This document shows, one piece after another, positions 18,177-28,900 of a DNA stretch of 64,000 nt. Source of the DNA: Candidatus Poriferihabitaceae bacterium (GTDB lineage Bacteria > Pseudomonadota > Gammaproteobacteria > Arenicellales > Poriferihabitantaceae); NCBI GenBank assembly GCA_965214625.1, contig OZ243962.1, forward strand, positions 578,739 to 642,738. Reading direction: 5' to 3'. The position numbers and the translations under genes were made by a program. The stretch's first letter is position 1. Each line of letters starts with the position of its first letter. A model generated the notes under the pieces. That model searched no databases. It saw nothing but the letters and a program-made list of their open reading frames with translations, and was not told where the DNA came from.

Positions 18177-19837
18177 TAGATTGGCTGAAAATCCGTCATT
18201 TCGTGATCACTGACCAGGCGGATATCGAATTTGACAGCGGATTCACCACGATTACCGGGGAAACCGGGTCCGGAAAATCGATTATTGTCGATGCCCTCGG
18301 TCTCCTTCTCGGGGGCCGTGCCGATGACAGTTTCATCCAGCACGGCCACAGTACGGCCGAGTTACAGGCCGGTTTTGACCTTCCGCCCGAACATCAGGCG
18401 TTGGTCTGGCTCAAGAAACATGACCTCGACAGTGATCGTCATTGCCTGATCAGGAGAGTCCTCAGAAAAGGCCGGTCCAGTCGCGTCTACATCAATGACC
18501 GTTCAACCACCGTTTCCCAAGTGCGGGATCTTGGAAAGGAGCTGATCGACATTCACGGGCAAAATGAACATCACTCGTTGTTAAGAAACACAGTACAGCA
18601 AAGCCTGCTCGACCTGGTCGCGGAAAACACTTCATCGGTTCACGCACTCGGGCAGGTCGTTGATCGCCTCCATGGGGTACAAAACAAGATTGATGATCTC
18701 AATACACTCAGCCAATCAAATCAACAGCAGGCTGAATTTCTCCGGTTTCAAATTCAGGAGTTGGACGCGATCAACCCTTCCGAGCAGGAATGGGTCGAAC
18801 TCGAAACCGCCCACAAGCGGGCCCAGCATCTACAAGAACTGATAACGGGCAGCCGGTCCATCGGACTTCGACTGTACGAAGCGGATAATGAGAATATCAG
18901 CGATGCGCTGGTGCAATGCAGTCAGCAACTGACCCAACTGAGTCAGTTCGACAACACCCTGTCTCCCATAGCCCGCATGCTGGACGAAGCCCAGGTCAAT
19001 GTAGAGGAAGCGGCCCGACAGCTTCGGACTTTTTATCAAGGGATGGAAATTGACGAGCAGGAACTCAAACGCATTGAAGAACAGTTCGCAATCTATCACC
19101 ATCTGGGCAGAAAACACCATGTCTCGCCCCATCAACTGGGTGAACACCTGCAAAACATGAAGCAGGAACTCTCCCGTTTAAACGATCCGACCACAGAGCT
19201 GTACAGGCTGGAAAGGCTAAAGACAAGGGAAATCGCACACTATCAGTCGATCGCCACACAAATTTCCAACAACCGACATCAAACGGCCCGGCATCTGTCG
19301 TTGGAAGTCACACAGATGATGCAAGAATTGGGAATGGAAGGCGGGGTGTTTGAAATTTCCCTTCAACCGATTTCGTCGGACACACTGGCCCGACAGGGGC
19401 TGGAAAGTGTTGAATTTACCGTTACCACCAATCCGGGACAGCCCCCAGGTCCACTGAACAAGATTGCCTCCGGAGGCGAACTGTCGAGAATTTCGCTCGC
19501 CATCCAGGTAATACTGGCAACACGAGCATGGATACCCACTCTTGTCTTCGACGAAGTGGATGTCGGGATAGGGGGTAGCATTGCAGCGATCATTGGCAGT
19601 AAACTTCGTGCCCTCGGTCAGTCCAAACAGGTCATCAGTGTCACCCATCTTCCCCAAGTCGCCGCGAAAGGGGAGCATCATTTTCGGGTGAGCAAGGAAG
19701 TCCGTCAATCAACAAATACCCGTATTGCAAAATTGAATCATACTGAAAGAGTCGACGAGATAGCCCGCATGACCAGCGGCGAAAAGCTGACCCCCCAATC
19801 CCTGGCACATGCCGAGGCAATGCTCAGGTCCGCATGA
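18173..19837 (+). CDS. recN: DNA repair protein RecN
   Basis: ITGETGSGKS, IDIHGQNEH, KIASGGELSRI and FDEVDVGIGG motifs. Confidence 0.97.
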   Translation: MIDWLKIRHFVITDQADIEFDSGFTTITGETGSGKSIIVDALGLLLGGRADDSFIQHGHSTAELQAGFDLPPEHQALVWLKKHDLDSDRHCLIRRVLRKGRSSRVYINDRSTTVSQVRDLGKELIDIHGQNEHHSLLRNTVQQSLLDLVAENTSSVHALGQVVDRLHGVQNKIDDLNTLSQSNQQQAEFLRFQIQELDAINPSEQEWVELETAHKRAQHLQELITGSRSIGLRLYEADNENISDALVQCSQQLTQLSQFDNTLSPIARMLDEAQVNVEEAARQLRTFYQGMEIDEQELKRIEEQFAIYHHLGRKHHVSPHQLGEHLQNMKQELSRLNDPTTELYRLERLKTREIAHYQSIATQISNNRHQTARHLSLEVTQMMQELGMEGGVFEISLQPISSDTLARQGLESVEFTVTTNPGQPPGPLNKIASGGELSRISLAIQVILATRAWIPTLVFDEVDVGIGGSIAAIIGSKLRALGQSKQVISVTHLPQVAAKGEHHFRVSKEVRQSTNTRIAKLNHTERVDEIARMTSGEKLTPQSLAHAEAMLRSA

Positions 19838-20319
19838 ACCCCTACGCTTTAAAGTTGCCGCAAACCGTCTGTCCTGCTGAACTGGATGATGTTCCGGGTA
19901 TTTTTACCCTGCTCAAGTCCTATAGTGACCAAGGTATCTTGTTACCCAGACCTAAAAGCAATATCTATCAGTCACTGCGGGACTTCCATGTAGTCCGGAA
20001 TCAGGGCACACTGATCGCCTGCGGTGCATTGCTCATCTACACCAAGCAACTCGGGGAAGTGAGAAGCCTTGCGGTTCACCCGGACTATAAACGCCTGGGT
20101 CTGGGATATCGCATCGTGCAGTGCATTGAAAATGAAGCCACCAAGCTTGGACTGACCAAGCTGATGGCGCTGACCTATGAAACCGGTTTCTTCGAAAAAA
20201 TGGGATTTCATCCCGTCGAAATGAGTCTATTGCCCGAAAAGGTCTGGGGAGCATGCATTAATTGTCATAAGTTTCGAAATTGTGATGAAATAGCGGTTCT
20301 GAAATACCTCAACCAATAG
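19834..20319 (+). CDS. GNAT N-acetyltransferase, short (single-domain) N-acetylglutamate synthase-like
   Basis: LLPRP....Y..LRDF.V, GEVRSLAVHP, LPEKVWGACINC.KF.NCDEIAV; ATGA-coupled to recN. Confidence 0.7.
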   Translation: MNPYALKLPQTVCPAELDDVPGIFTLLKSYSDQGILLPRPKSNIYQSLRDFHVVRNQGTLIACGALLIYTKQLGEVRSLAVHPDYKRLGLGYRIVQCIENEATKLGLTKLMALTYETGFFEKMGFHPVEMSLLPEKVWGACINCHKFRNCDEIAVLKYLNQ

Positions 20320-20327
20320 AAAATCGA

Positions 20328-20642
20328 ATGATCATCAGATTTTGCTCCCTCCTGCTCACACTCATTCTGCTCACAGGATGCGTCTATCGGGTCGACATCC
20401 AACAGGGCAATGAAATCACCGCAGAGATGATTTCAAAACTGAAAATTGGAATGACCCCGTACGAAGTGACCCGGGTGCTTGGTTACCCATTAATCAATGA
20501 TCCCTTTCATAAGGACCGATGGGATTATTTTTATTATAGAAAGTCAGGCGAAGGCGGAGAAGTCAATCGGCAATCAGCCACCCTTTTCTTTTCCGACAGT
20601 CGATTGAGCGAGATTAAAACAACGCTGACAACGCAGGACTAA
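20328..20642 (+). CDS. bamE: Outer membrane assembly lipoprotein BamE
   Basis: Lipobox LTGC; YRVDIQQGN, GMT..EV..VLG.P and RWDYFY motifs. Confidence 0.92.
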   Translation: MIIRFCSLLLTLILLTGCVYRVDIQQGNEITAEMISKLKIGMTPYEVTRVLGYPLINDPFHKDRWDYFYYRKSGEGGEVNRQSATLFFSDSRLSEIKTTLTTQD

Positions 20643-21358
20643 TCGGTCATACCGGCTTCGACAAGCAACTCATTTGCAGGCAGATAACCCGGAATCACCT
20701 TGCCATTATCCAGCACCATCGTCGGCGTCCCGCGTACGCCAATCTCTTGTCCGAGCTGATACTGGTCCGCGACCGGATTGTCACACTGTTTTTCTTCAAC
20801 CGTCCCACCCGCTTTAGCTAACGTCATCGCAGCGGCCTGGTCATCCGCACACCACACTGAGACCGCCTCCTGATAGCTTTCTGAGTCCAACCCGGCTCTT
20901 GGAAACATCAAATAACGCACCTGTAGACCTTTTGCATCCAACTCCGAAACAGTGAGATGAAAGCGCTGGCAATAAACACAGTCGGTATCAGTAAACACGG
21001 TGACATAGCGATCTTTCTTCTCACCCATGAGAATCATCTCGGATTCGGAGAGGGCTTCGATTGCGGCACTCATTTTCCGATTTTGTTTTTCCTCTCCAAG
21101 ACTCACTCGACGGTCCATGTCATAGACATCACCAATCATCAAATAAGAGCCCTTGCTATAGACATACAGCGTCTGGTTGTTTGCCGTCACCTCGTACACG
21201 CCTTGCATCGGGGTATCCTGGATCGATTGAATGGTCATTCCTCCCGGCAACAATTTCTTCAAATTGGTTTCCAGCGAATTATCCTGTGCGCTGGCCGACA
21301 TACCGCCTCCCCCTAACCCCATCGTCAAGAGCCATAATATCGTTTTTCTCATCACCAC
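20639..21358 (-). CDS. dsbC: Thiol:disulfide isomerase DsbC family
   Basis: VFTDTDCVYC active site, FPRAG and GVRGTP cis-Pro loop. Confidence 0.9.
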   Translation of the reverse strand: MVMRKTILWLLTMGLGGGGMSASAQDNSLETNLKKLLPGGMTIQSIQDTPMQGVYEVTANNQTLYVYSKGSYLMIGDVYDMDRRVSLGEEKQNRKMSAAIEALSESEMILMGEKKDRYVTVFTDTDCVYCQRFHLTVSELDAKGLQVRYLMFPRAGLDSESYQEAVSVWCADDQAAAMTLAKAGGTVEEKQCDNPVADQYQLGQEIGVRGTPTMVLDNGKVIPGYLPANELLVEAGMTD

Positions 21359-21394
21359 TCGCCCCGTTTTCTTTGATCTGTGGATTAGACCGGT

Positions 21395-21880
21395 TCAGTC
21401 CCGAAAGTTCATATATTGCAACGGGAGATCGAATGCCTGATCTTTGAGCAACCCGATCACCTGCTGCAAATCATCCCGTTTCTTGCCCGAAACCCTGACC
21501 TGCGTTCCCTGTATGGCGGCCTGGACCTTCAATTTCCGATTCTTGATCAACTTGACAATTTTTCTCGCCAGGTCAATATCGACACCTTCTCTGACCGTTA
21601 TCTCCTGTACTGCTTTCCCGGTCGGACTGATTTTCACCTCTCCCTTGTCAAGACAACCGACATCAACCGTCCGTTTTGCCAGCTTGAACTGCAATATCTC
21701 CAGCATCTGGCCAATCTTGAAACTGTCATCGGCATAGAGCGTCAGCGTCGGAACGTGCTGTTCCACCCTGGCATCGCTCCCTTTGAAATCATAACGATTG
21801 GCGATTTCCTTGTTTGCTTGATTGATCGCGTTGTTGACTTCCTGCCAATCCACTTCAGATACGATATCAAAAGAAGGCAT
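21395..21880 (-). CDS. yajQ: YajQ family nucleotide/c-di-GMP-binding protein
   Basis: [18 protein letters not shown] and [11 protein letters not shown] motifs. Confidence 0.95.
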   Translation of the reverse strand: MPSFDIVSEVDWQEVNNAINQANKEIANRYDFKGSDARVEQHVPTLTLYADDSFKIGQMLEILQFKLAKRTVDVGCLDKGEVKISPTGKAVQEITVREGVDIDLARKIVKLIKNRKLKVQAAIQGTQVRVSGKKRDDLQQVIGLLKDQAFDLPLQYMNFRD

Positions 21881-22111
21881 CAGGTTTTAAAATGATTGAG
21901 GTTGAACGGAATCGACACCACCTATTATCACACAAAATGTCTACACCATATCACGTTTTGACCAAACTCCCTCGCAGCGTCAGCCTGTGTTGTCGGACTG
22001 ACAACCAACGACCGCATCGGCGGTACCGACACGGTCATGCAATATCTGTCCGCAGATCCGATACCCAACTCACCGGGGCAATCGACACGCAGCAAAACCG
22101 GTCAGGTTGAT

Positions 22112-22699
22112 TCATATGGTTTTCACGATATTCACCAGTTCGATGGCACATTGCCGAAGGACCACCTTGATACCAGGCACACGAAGACGGTCATGCTCCG
22201 AAGGACCATCCGTGATCAGTTTGAGAATCAACGCCTGACGGTCCAGTTGATAATGCTTTAACGCATTTAAATAACCCAATGATTCCATCTCATACACATA
22301 CGGCACATCATATCGCTTTTCCACGGTCTCAACGTTGCAAATACAGGCCGTGGTGAAACCCGGTGGTGACCGGTGATCAAGCGACCACGGCTCCGAGTCA
22401 TCACGGGTACAAACACTTTTTGCAAATACAAAGGTACCGATTGGCCATTGTGCTGAGCCCGCCACCCCAAAATTAAGCCATTTCCCGCCACACAGGGCGT
22501 GCGGTGATACAATCAATCGACTGGTTGACGCAAATGCATTGTCGTTGCCCATGCCACAGACAATGAGCCGAGTCTCCTTGTTTTGATACAATGGGAACGG
22601 CAGCTTCGAGTCCGCCAGCTGCAACCCCAATCCGTTGACAATGGGTTGCGCCTCAGCGCCAAACGCACACACGATATTGATCATAACGCGGTACGCCAC
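22112..22699 (-). CDS. Nucleoside phosphorylase/MTA-nucleosidase-like hypothetical protein
   Basis: CAFGAEAQP, LIVCGMG, WLNFGVAG, YEMESLG and LKLITD resemble the PNP_UDP_1 fold. Confidence 0.55.
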   Translation of the reverse strand: MAYRVMINIVCAFGAEAQPIVNGLGLQLADSKLPFPLYQNKETRLIVCGMGNDNAFASTSRLIVSPHALCGGKWLNFGVAGSAQWPIGTFVFAKSVCTRDDSEPWSLDHRSPPGFTTACICNVETVEKRYDVPYVYEMESLGYLNALKHYQLDRQALILKLITDGPSEHDRLRVPGIKVVLRQCAIELVNIVKTI

Positions 22700-23508
22700 C
22701 GGTCAATCAGGGCTTGATACATCATCATCTGTTCCGTTTTGCCCCGCTTTTGGCAGCCCTTGGCCAAAACAGCCAATTTGTGAAGCAAGACACTGACCGT
22801 TTGCCGTTTTTGTCCAGCACCCATCTCTGCCTGTTCCAGTATCTTGACGAGTGACTGCACCCTGAAACGGTCCATTCCCCAATAGGCCTTGGATAACTGG
22901 TCGGCATGTCCACCGTACTTGATCAACAATGGATCCGGAACCAAGAGGATGGGATAGCGGTTGAACAGTCTTAACCAAAGATCATAGTCCTCACAGGCCG
23001 GCAGTGATTCATCGAACAGGCCGATTTCATGAAATAATGCCCTTTGGATCAAGACCGAGGAGGGCGAGACACAACAAAGCGGAAGGCAGTGCTCAAAAAT
23101 CCAACCAGCCGGTTTAGCATGTCTTTTCCCGGGATTCACCCGTCTTCCCTGCCTGAACCAGATTTCATCCGTATGACAGATCCTATAGTTCGGATTGTCC
23201 TGCAACGCGGCCACCTGCCTCCGGAGCTTATGTTTCAACCACTCGTCATCTGAATCCAAAAAGGCGATCCAGTCTCCAATCGCACTGGCGATACCGGCAT
23301 TTCTGGCTGCACTGACTCCCTGATGCGCCTGGTCAATCACCCGGACCACCCCGTCATAGGCCTTCAGTGTCTCAAGAATCTGATCCGTCGAGCCATCATT
23401 CACCACAATGATCTCTTTCACCGGATAGCTCTGCGCCAACACCGAATCAATCGCACGACCAATCAGGTGGGCACGATTAAAAACAGGAATAACAACGGAA
23501 ATGGCCAT
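22681..23508 (-). CDS. Glycosyltransferase family 2
   Basis: ISVVIPVFNR, VVNDGSTD, GVSAARNAG, IAFLDSDD and CEDYDLWLR motifs. Confidence 0.92.
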   Translation of the reverse strand: MAISVVIPVFNRAHLIGRAIDSVLAQSYPVKEIIVVNDGSTDQILETLKAYDGVVRVIDQAHQGVSAARNAGIASAIGDWIAFLDSDDEWLKHKLRRQVAALQDNPNYRICHTDEIWFRQGRRVNPGKRHAKPAGWIFEHCLPLCCVSPSSVLIQRALFHEIGLFDESLPACEDYDLWLRLFNRYPILLVPDPLLIKYGGHADQLSKAYWGMDRFRVQSLVKILEQAEMGAGQKRQTVSVLLHKLAVLAKGCQKRGKTEQMMMYQALIDRWRTAL

Positions 23509-23727
23509 TCAATCACCCTCTTCGGTCCCCGTGGGATCGTGTCCATCCCCGGTTCCGGTATCGGAGTCAATGAATATGGTTGACGATATCATCACTGCGA
23601 ACGGCTGCAGCCCCATGCACGATGACAAGAACCATCACGACCCTCCAAGTGAGCGGTATGGGGCCCGCTTCGCCGATATCTGTCCCGACAAAAACCCACA
23701 AGACCCGATATCGCGGTCAGTCATATT

Positions 23728-24705
23728 TTACAGCAAGTCGCTGACCGCAGCCCTTTCCTCTTTCAGTTCATTTTCAGTCACTTCCATTCGTTGCCTGCCA
23801 AAGTCACTGATTTCCAGCCCCTGAACGATGTGATAGTTCCCTTGTGCGCAGGTCACCGGAAACGAATACATCAGACCCGCTTCGATACCATAGCTGCCGT
23901 CGGAAACCACCCCCATGCTCACCCAATCGCCATCCGGTGTCCCCAGTGCCCAGTCCCGGATATGGTCAATCGCCGAAGAACCCGCCGAAGCAGCACTCGA
24001 CGCGCCCCGCGCCTTGATAATCGCCGCACCACGCTGTTGAACAGTAGGGATGAAAGACTCTTCCAGCCAAGTCTGATCAATCTGTTCGATGACCGGCTGT
24101 CCATCAGTCATTGCCTGTGAAATATCGGGATACTGAGTCGCCGAATGATTCCCCCAAATCGTCATGCGCGTAATCCGTTCATGGTGTACCCCAAGTTTCT
24201 CAGCGATCTGGGATTTTGCCCTGTTATGATCCAGACGCGTCATCGCAGTAAACTGACTGGGAGACAAATCCGGTGCATTGGCGGTCGCAATCAATGCGTT
24301 GGTATTGGCCGGGTTGCCGACCACCAGCACCTTGACATCCCGTGAGGCATGATCATTCAGTGCCCGGCCCTGACCCGAAAATATTTTCCCGTTGTCTTTG
24401 AGCAAGTCACTGCGTTCCATGCCCGGTCCACGGGGCTTGGACCCGACCAACAAGGCATAATTCACATCGCTGAAAGCCACTTGGGGATCATCGGATGCAA
24501 TCAGCCCCTGCACCAACGGAAAGGCACAATCGTTGAGTTCCATGACAATCCCCTGCAATGCATTCATCGCGGGGGGCACTTCCAATAATTGCAAAATAAC
24601 CGGTTGATCCTTACCGAGCATATCGCCCGCTGCAATACGAAAGATGAGCGCATAGGCAATGTTGCCGGCAGCTCCGGTAACCGCAATCCTCACAGGCGAT
24701 CTCAT
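23728..24705 (-). CDS. mdh: Malate dehydrogenase (MDH type 2)
   Basis: [38 protein letters not shown] and WGNHS motifs. Confidence 0.97.
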   Translation of the reverse strand: MRSPVRIAVTGAAGNIAYALIFRIAAGDMLGKDQPVILQLLEVPPAMNALQGIVMELNDCAFPLVQGLIASDDPQVAFSDVNYALLVGSKPRGPGMERSDLLKDNGKIFSGQGRALNDHASRDVKVLVVGNPANTNALIATANAPDLSPSQFTAMTRLDHNRAKSQIAEKLGVHHERITRMTIWGNHSATQYPDISQAMTDGQPVIEQIDQTWLEESFIPTVQQRGAAIIKARGASSAASAGSSAIDHIRDWALGTPDGDWVSMGVVSDGSYGIEAGLMYSFPVTCAQGNYHIVQGLEISDFGRQRMEVTENELKEERAAVSDLL

Positions 24706-25521
24706 GACTAACCTCTATAACTGTATGGTATCGGTATTATAAGTTAAAAGTAACCGGAATCCAGATAGCCCACCACAGACCCGCCGTTAGTACTCCGACA
24801 CCCTGATGACAAGACACGGACCACTGGACTGGGATGTCTGCCATTGCTCGATCAGCGGAAAAAATCGACCCCTCCATCAATCGATTTCGATGTTTTCGTT
24901 GGGACACCGCCTCGAATTCCCGATTTTCAATGCATGGGTCTTGGGTTATAAAATCTCGACAACTCATTGATTTTAATTTTATTTTCAGATTGGAGCGCGG
25001 TATTGGATGACCACTTCCCTGTGCTATCTTGTTTTGTAATGGTCAGGCATGGCCACTTGAACCCCTCCAAACTCAAAAAGCACATTCTGATTCCATGGAC
25101 ATGATGCGCAGTGAGCCAACAGGCACCAGGGATTCACTGATTCATCCCGGTTCGACGCTATAAAGCAGTGTCATTGAATATTTCAGTCGGTCTACCCAAG
25201 TCAGAAGGCACAAAAACCTGTCCTCAACGGGTACATTGGCCAATCAGAGACCGTGCTTAAAGACACACCGGCCAACGACTTGGCCACCGCACCATGCCGA
25301 AAAGGTCAATACGGGTCATCAACCAGATGGCTTCTGATAATGTTGATATTGAAAATATTATATTTCAATCAGATAAAATATATTATTAATCTTATATTGA
25401 TATAAAGAGGTTGACTCTGTGCCGATCAATCCGTACCATCCGGAACATTATGGCTCCAAATCGATATCAAGTGTCATTGACAGGGACAGGCGATCAGACC
25501 GGGGGGTCCCGCACTTTTCTG

Positions 25522-26982
25522 ATGCGTGTGGTTCCCCGGCGTGTTTGTGCGCTGGCCGTCGCGATCGTGACAGGTAGCGCCTTTGCCGAGTTGCCGGTGG
25601 CAACGGGCCCATCGGCACTCCCGGCATCGCAAATACCCGCCGTTTCAGCCACCACGATAGAGACCGGCAGCGATGATAGGCCGCTGTTCGAAGAACCCAA
25701 AAGTACGACGTATCGCGATACGCCTGATCTGGGCAGTCTGATCAGTCCACAAGAGCACTTGTTTCAGCGAAAAGCAACCACCCCACTGGGCTCTCAAGAG
25801 CCTGTGTTCAACGATATCTGGTCTCGGCTTCGTCACGGTTTTGGTCTTGGCAATCTGAATGAAATCGAGCAATCCGTTCAAAAATTCGAGCGATGGTACA
25901 GTCAGCATCCTGCCAATTTCGAGCGCCTCACAAGACATGCCTATTGGTTCCTGCCCTATGTCTTAGGAGAAGTTGAAAAAAGAGGGATGCCCAGTGAGGT
26001 TGCCATCTTGCCCATCATCGAAAGTGCCTTTCGGCCGGATGCCACCTCCCGCTCCCAAGCCGCCGGAATGTGGCAATTCATGCGGTCGACCGGAACCCGT
26101 TTTGGTCTCAGGCAGGATGCGTGGGTCGATGAAAGAAGAGACCTTGTCCGGTCAACGGAGGCGGCACTGGATTACTTGGGCTATTTGTCGAAAACGTTCG
26201 ATGGTAACTGGGAATTGACTTTTGCGGCCTACAATGCCGGAGAAGGTGCCGTCAGAAACGCCATGAGAACAAATCGAAAACGGAACCTTCCCACATCCTA
26301 CAGCTTCCTGCCCCTGAGTCGAGAGACCCGGGAGTATGTACCGAAACTCCTCGCCGTTCGAAATATTCTCCAGACGCCGGCTAAGTACGGCATTCGTCTG
26401 AGTCCCATTCCCAACCGGCAAACGCTGAGAATCATTAACGCTGAATCACAGGTCGATCTCTTTGTTTTCGCTTCACTCAGTCCGATATTTGAAAAAGATC
26501 TGCATCTTCTCAATATGGGCTATACCAAGGGTGTCACGCCGCCGGACGGCCCACATCAACTGGTCGTGCCGTTGGAATTAGCTGATCAATTGCTGGCCAA
26601 ACTGAATCAGATGACGCTCGAGGAAAGATTGAAATGGAACCGGTACCAAGTCAGGACAGGCGACAGCCTAGACAAAATTGCGCGACAATACAGTGTCACC
26701 GTCAAGGCCATCATGTCGGCAAATCAACTGTCTTCAAGTCTTATCCATCCGGGCAAGATGCTGAAAATCCCTCTCAGCACGGGACGGCACCACTACCGGG
26801 AAATGACCTTTGTCAACATTACACCGCAGGATGGGGATACCCTCTATGTGGTCAAACCGGGAGATTCGCTGTGGAGCATAGCGCAACTTTCCGGTGTCAG
26901 TCTCTCCGAAATGCTGCAGTGGAATGGGATATCAAAAAATACGCCTCTTTATCCGGGTCAGGAGTTGATTATTCTCCGATAA
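25522..26982 (+). CDS. mltD: Membrane-bound lytic murein transglycosylase D-like protein (SLT plus LysM domains)
   Basis: LPIIESAF, AAGMWQFM, AAYNAGEG, ETREYVPK and two C-terminal LysM repeats; start uncertain (ORF track starts at 25411). Confidence 0.9.
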   Translation: MRVVPRRVCALAVAIVTGSAFAELPVATGPSALPASQIPAVSATTIETGSDDRPLFEEPKSTTYRDTPDLGSLISPQEHLFQRKATTPLGSQEPVFNDIWSRLRHGFGLGNLNEIEQSVQKFERWYSQHPANFERLTRHAYWFLPYVLGEVEKRGMPSEVAILPIIESAFRPDATSRSQAAGMWQFMRSTGTRFGLRQDAWVDERRDLVRSTEAALDYLGYLSKTFDGNWELTFAAYNAGEGAVRNAMRTNRKRNLPTSYSFLPLSRETREYVPKLLAVRNILQTPAKYGIRLSPIPNRQTLRIINAESQVDLFVFASLSPIFEKDLHLLNMGYTKGVTPPDGPHQLVVPLELADQLLAKLNQMTLEERLKWNRYQVRTGDSLDKIARQYSVTVKAIMSANQLSSSLIHPGKMLKIPLSTGRHHYREMTFVNITPQDGDTLYVVKPGDSLWSIAQLSGVSLSEMLQWNGISKNTPLYPGQELIILR

Positions 26983-27034
26983 CCGGCTTGTCGTCTTGTC
27001 GGTGATCAGGGACCGAACGGACCAGACTCCCTGC

Positions 27035-27736
27035 TCAACTCGCCTGAATGCTGGTCTTGGCCAACCACAGGTCCTCCCAGGATTTTGACTTTTGTCCCGG
27101 GTTTCGCAACAGGTAGGCCGGATGATAGGTAGCGACCAACGGAATGTCTTGATCGCCATAAGCATGCACGCTTCCTCTCAGTTCCCGAAAGCCCCGGTTG
27201 GTTTTGAGTAGCGCTCTTGTGGCAGTCAGGCCCAGTGCGACAATGATCTTGGGACGGACCAATGCAAGTTGATGTTGCAGGTAATGCTCACACTGCACAA
27301 CCTCATCTGGACGAGGATCACGGTTATTGGGCGGCCGACACTTGAGTACATTGGCAATATAGACTTCAGACCTGTGCAGACCCAACGCCGCAATCATTAA
27401 ATCGAGCAGTTTTCCTGCCCGTCCCACGAAAGGCTTTCCTTGCCGATCTTCTTGGGCACCGGGCGCTTCTCCAACAAACAGCCAATCGGCATCCGGGCAC
27501 CCGCTGCCGAATACCGTCCGGGTGCGGGTTTGGTGCAACTGACATTTTTCACAGGACCTGACTGCCTTTTCAATTTCCTCAAGCGAAGTGGGTACAAGAG
27601 AATCCCTGCCCGGGATGTCATCTGTTTCCGGCGGCGACACCGGCACAGCCGAGTCGGCTGACCACAGCCTGTCAGTGGTTCGATGCACCCAGACATCGAC
27701 TCCGAGTTGATTAAGCAAACGTAGCTGTCTGGTCAT
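27035..27736 (-). CDS. Uracil-DNA glycosylase family 4 (Fe-S)
   Basis: CEKCQLH, VGEAPG, KPFVGRAGKLL, NVLKCRPP and YHPAYLLR motifs; start uncertain. Confidence 0.92.
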   Translation of the reverse strand: MTRQLRLLNQLGVDVWVHRTTDRLWSADSAVPVSPPETDDIPGRDSLVPTSLEEIEKAVRSCEKCQLHQTRTRTVFGSGCPDADWLFVGEAPGAQEDRQGKPFVGRAGKLLDLMIAALGLHRSEVYIANVLKCRPPNNRDPRPDEVVQCEHYLQHQLALVRPKIIVALGLTATRALLKTNRGFRELRGSVHAYGDQDIPLVATYHPAYLLRNPGQKSKSWEDLWLAKTSIQAS

Positions 27737-28104
27737 AATGGATATGTTCGACATGAATGATTGGAGCACGGGAAACAACTGGCAGCAGCCCTGCGAAATC
27801 ACGATGATACCCAGCCCTATCTATACAGTATAGCCCACAAAACCAGATTGCTTCCGGGTTTCAAAAACACAGTGTATTTTGAAATTGACAACATCTGTTC
27901 AGCGCATCAAGACACCCTTTGTAGCAAGCACCGGGTGGTCCATGGCCTATGGCCACGCCGAGGTGATTGACACCCCTCCCCCCTCACCATGTTGAGAAGA
28001 CAGCAACCAGAACACGCAACCCGACACGGACACCTTGACACACCAGTGACCCGGCTTGATGCACTGCTCCTCAGACAACCCAATCCGACGTCACATTGGA
28101 CAGT

Positions 28105-28887
28105 CTACTTGGTGCCGCCTCCCGCTTCCTCATCTTCGTCGGGCAGGAAAGCCGGATTCTCCTTGATCCCTTTGCGCCGCCTGAGCAACCATCCGACCGG
28201 TCCGGACAGAACATATGCCAGTGACATCAGAAACAACACTCGGGGTGGATCAAAAAACACCAGCACAAACGCCAGCAACAGAATGATCAACACCACAAAG
28301 GGAATTTTATTTTTCGAATCAAAATCCTTGAAACTGCGAAACTTGACATTACTGACCATCAATACGGCCATGGTCAATGTCGCCACCGCACTGGGCCAGG
28401 GCATCGATTGACCGCTGGTTTCCATGGTAAAAAAATTCCATACCCAAAAGACCACAAAGGCCGCTGCGGCCGGACAGGCGAGGCCATAAAAATAGCGGTC
28501 GTTTTTGATGGTCAACGTATTGAATCGGGCCAGTCTCAGCGCGGTGGCGGCAGCATACAAAAACGCAATCAGCCAACCGATCCTGCCAAGGTACTGCAAC
28601 GACCAGAAATATATCACCAGGGCTGGAGCCAATCCAAACGCCACCAGGTCAACCAAACTGTCATATTCCTTCCCGAAGTCGCTCGCCGTATTGGTCCATC
28701 TCGCCACCCGGCCATCCAGTCCATCCATAATCATGGCGATGAACAAGCCGACCGCTGCCTTATCGAAGTTACCGTGGGTGGCCTGGATGATGGCATAAAA
28801 TCCAAAAAACAGGCCGGCAGTGGTAAACAGGCTCGGAAGAAAATAGATTCCCTTATTACCGAGAGTCGAATCGTCTTTCTCTGCCAT
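28105..28887 (-). CDS. pssA: CDP-diacylglycerol--serine O-phosphatidyltransferase (subclass II)
   Basis: LPSLFT, DGLDGRVAR, DSLVDLVAFG and ALRLARFN motifs. Confidence 0.93.
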   Translation of the reverse strand: MAEKDDSTLGNKGIYFLPSLFTTAGLFFGFYAIIQATHGNFDKAAVGLFIAMIMDGLDGRVARWTNTASDFGKEYDSLVDLVAFGLAPALVIYFWSLQYLGRIGWLIAFLYAAATALRLARFNTLTIKNDRYFYGLACPAAAAFVVFWVWNFFTMETSGQSMPWPSAVATLTMAVLMVSNVKFRSFKDFDSKNKIPFVVLIILLLAFVLVFFDPPRVLFLMSLAYVLSGPVGWLLRRRKGIKENPAFLPDEDEEAGGGTK

Positions 28888-28900
28888 TACCTTTCAATTT

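Noticed and set aside
24955-25020. aactcattgatttt...tggagcgcgg resembling an att/tRNA-end scar
   Set aside because: No tRNA T-arm, integrase or partner repeat is present in the window, and the match is too short to support.
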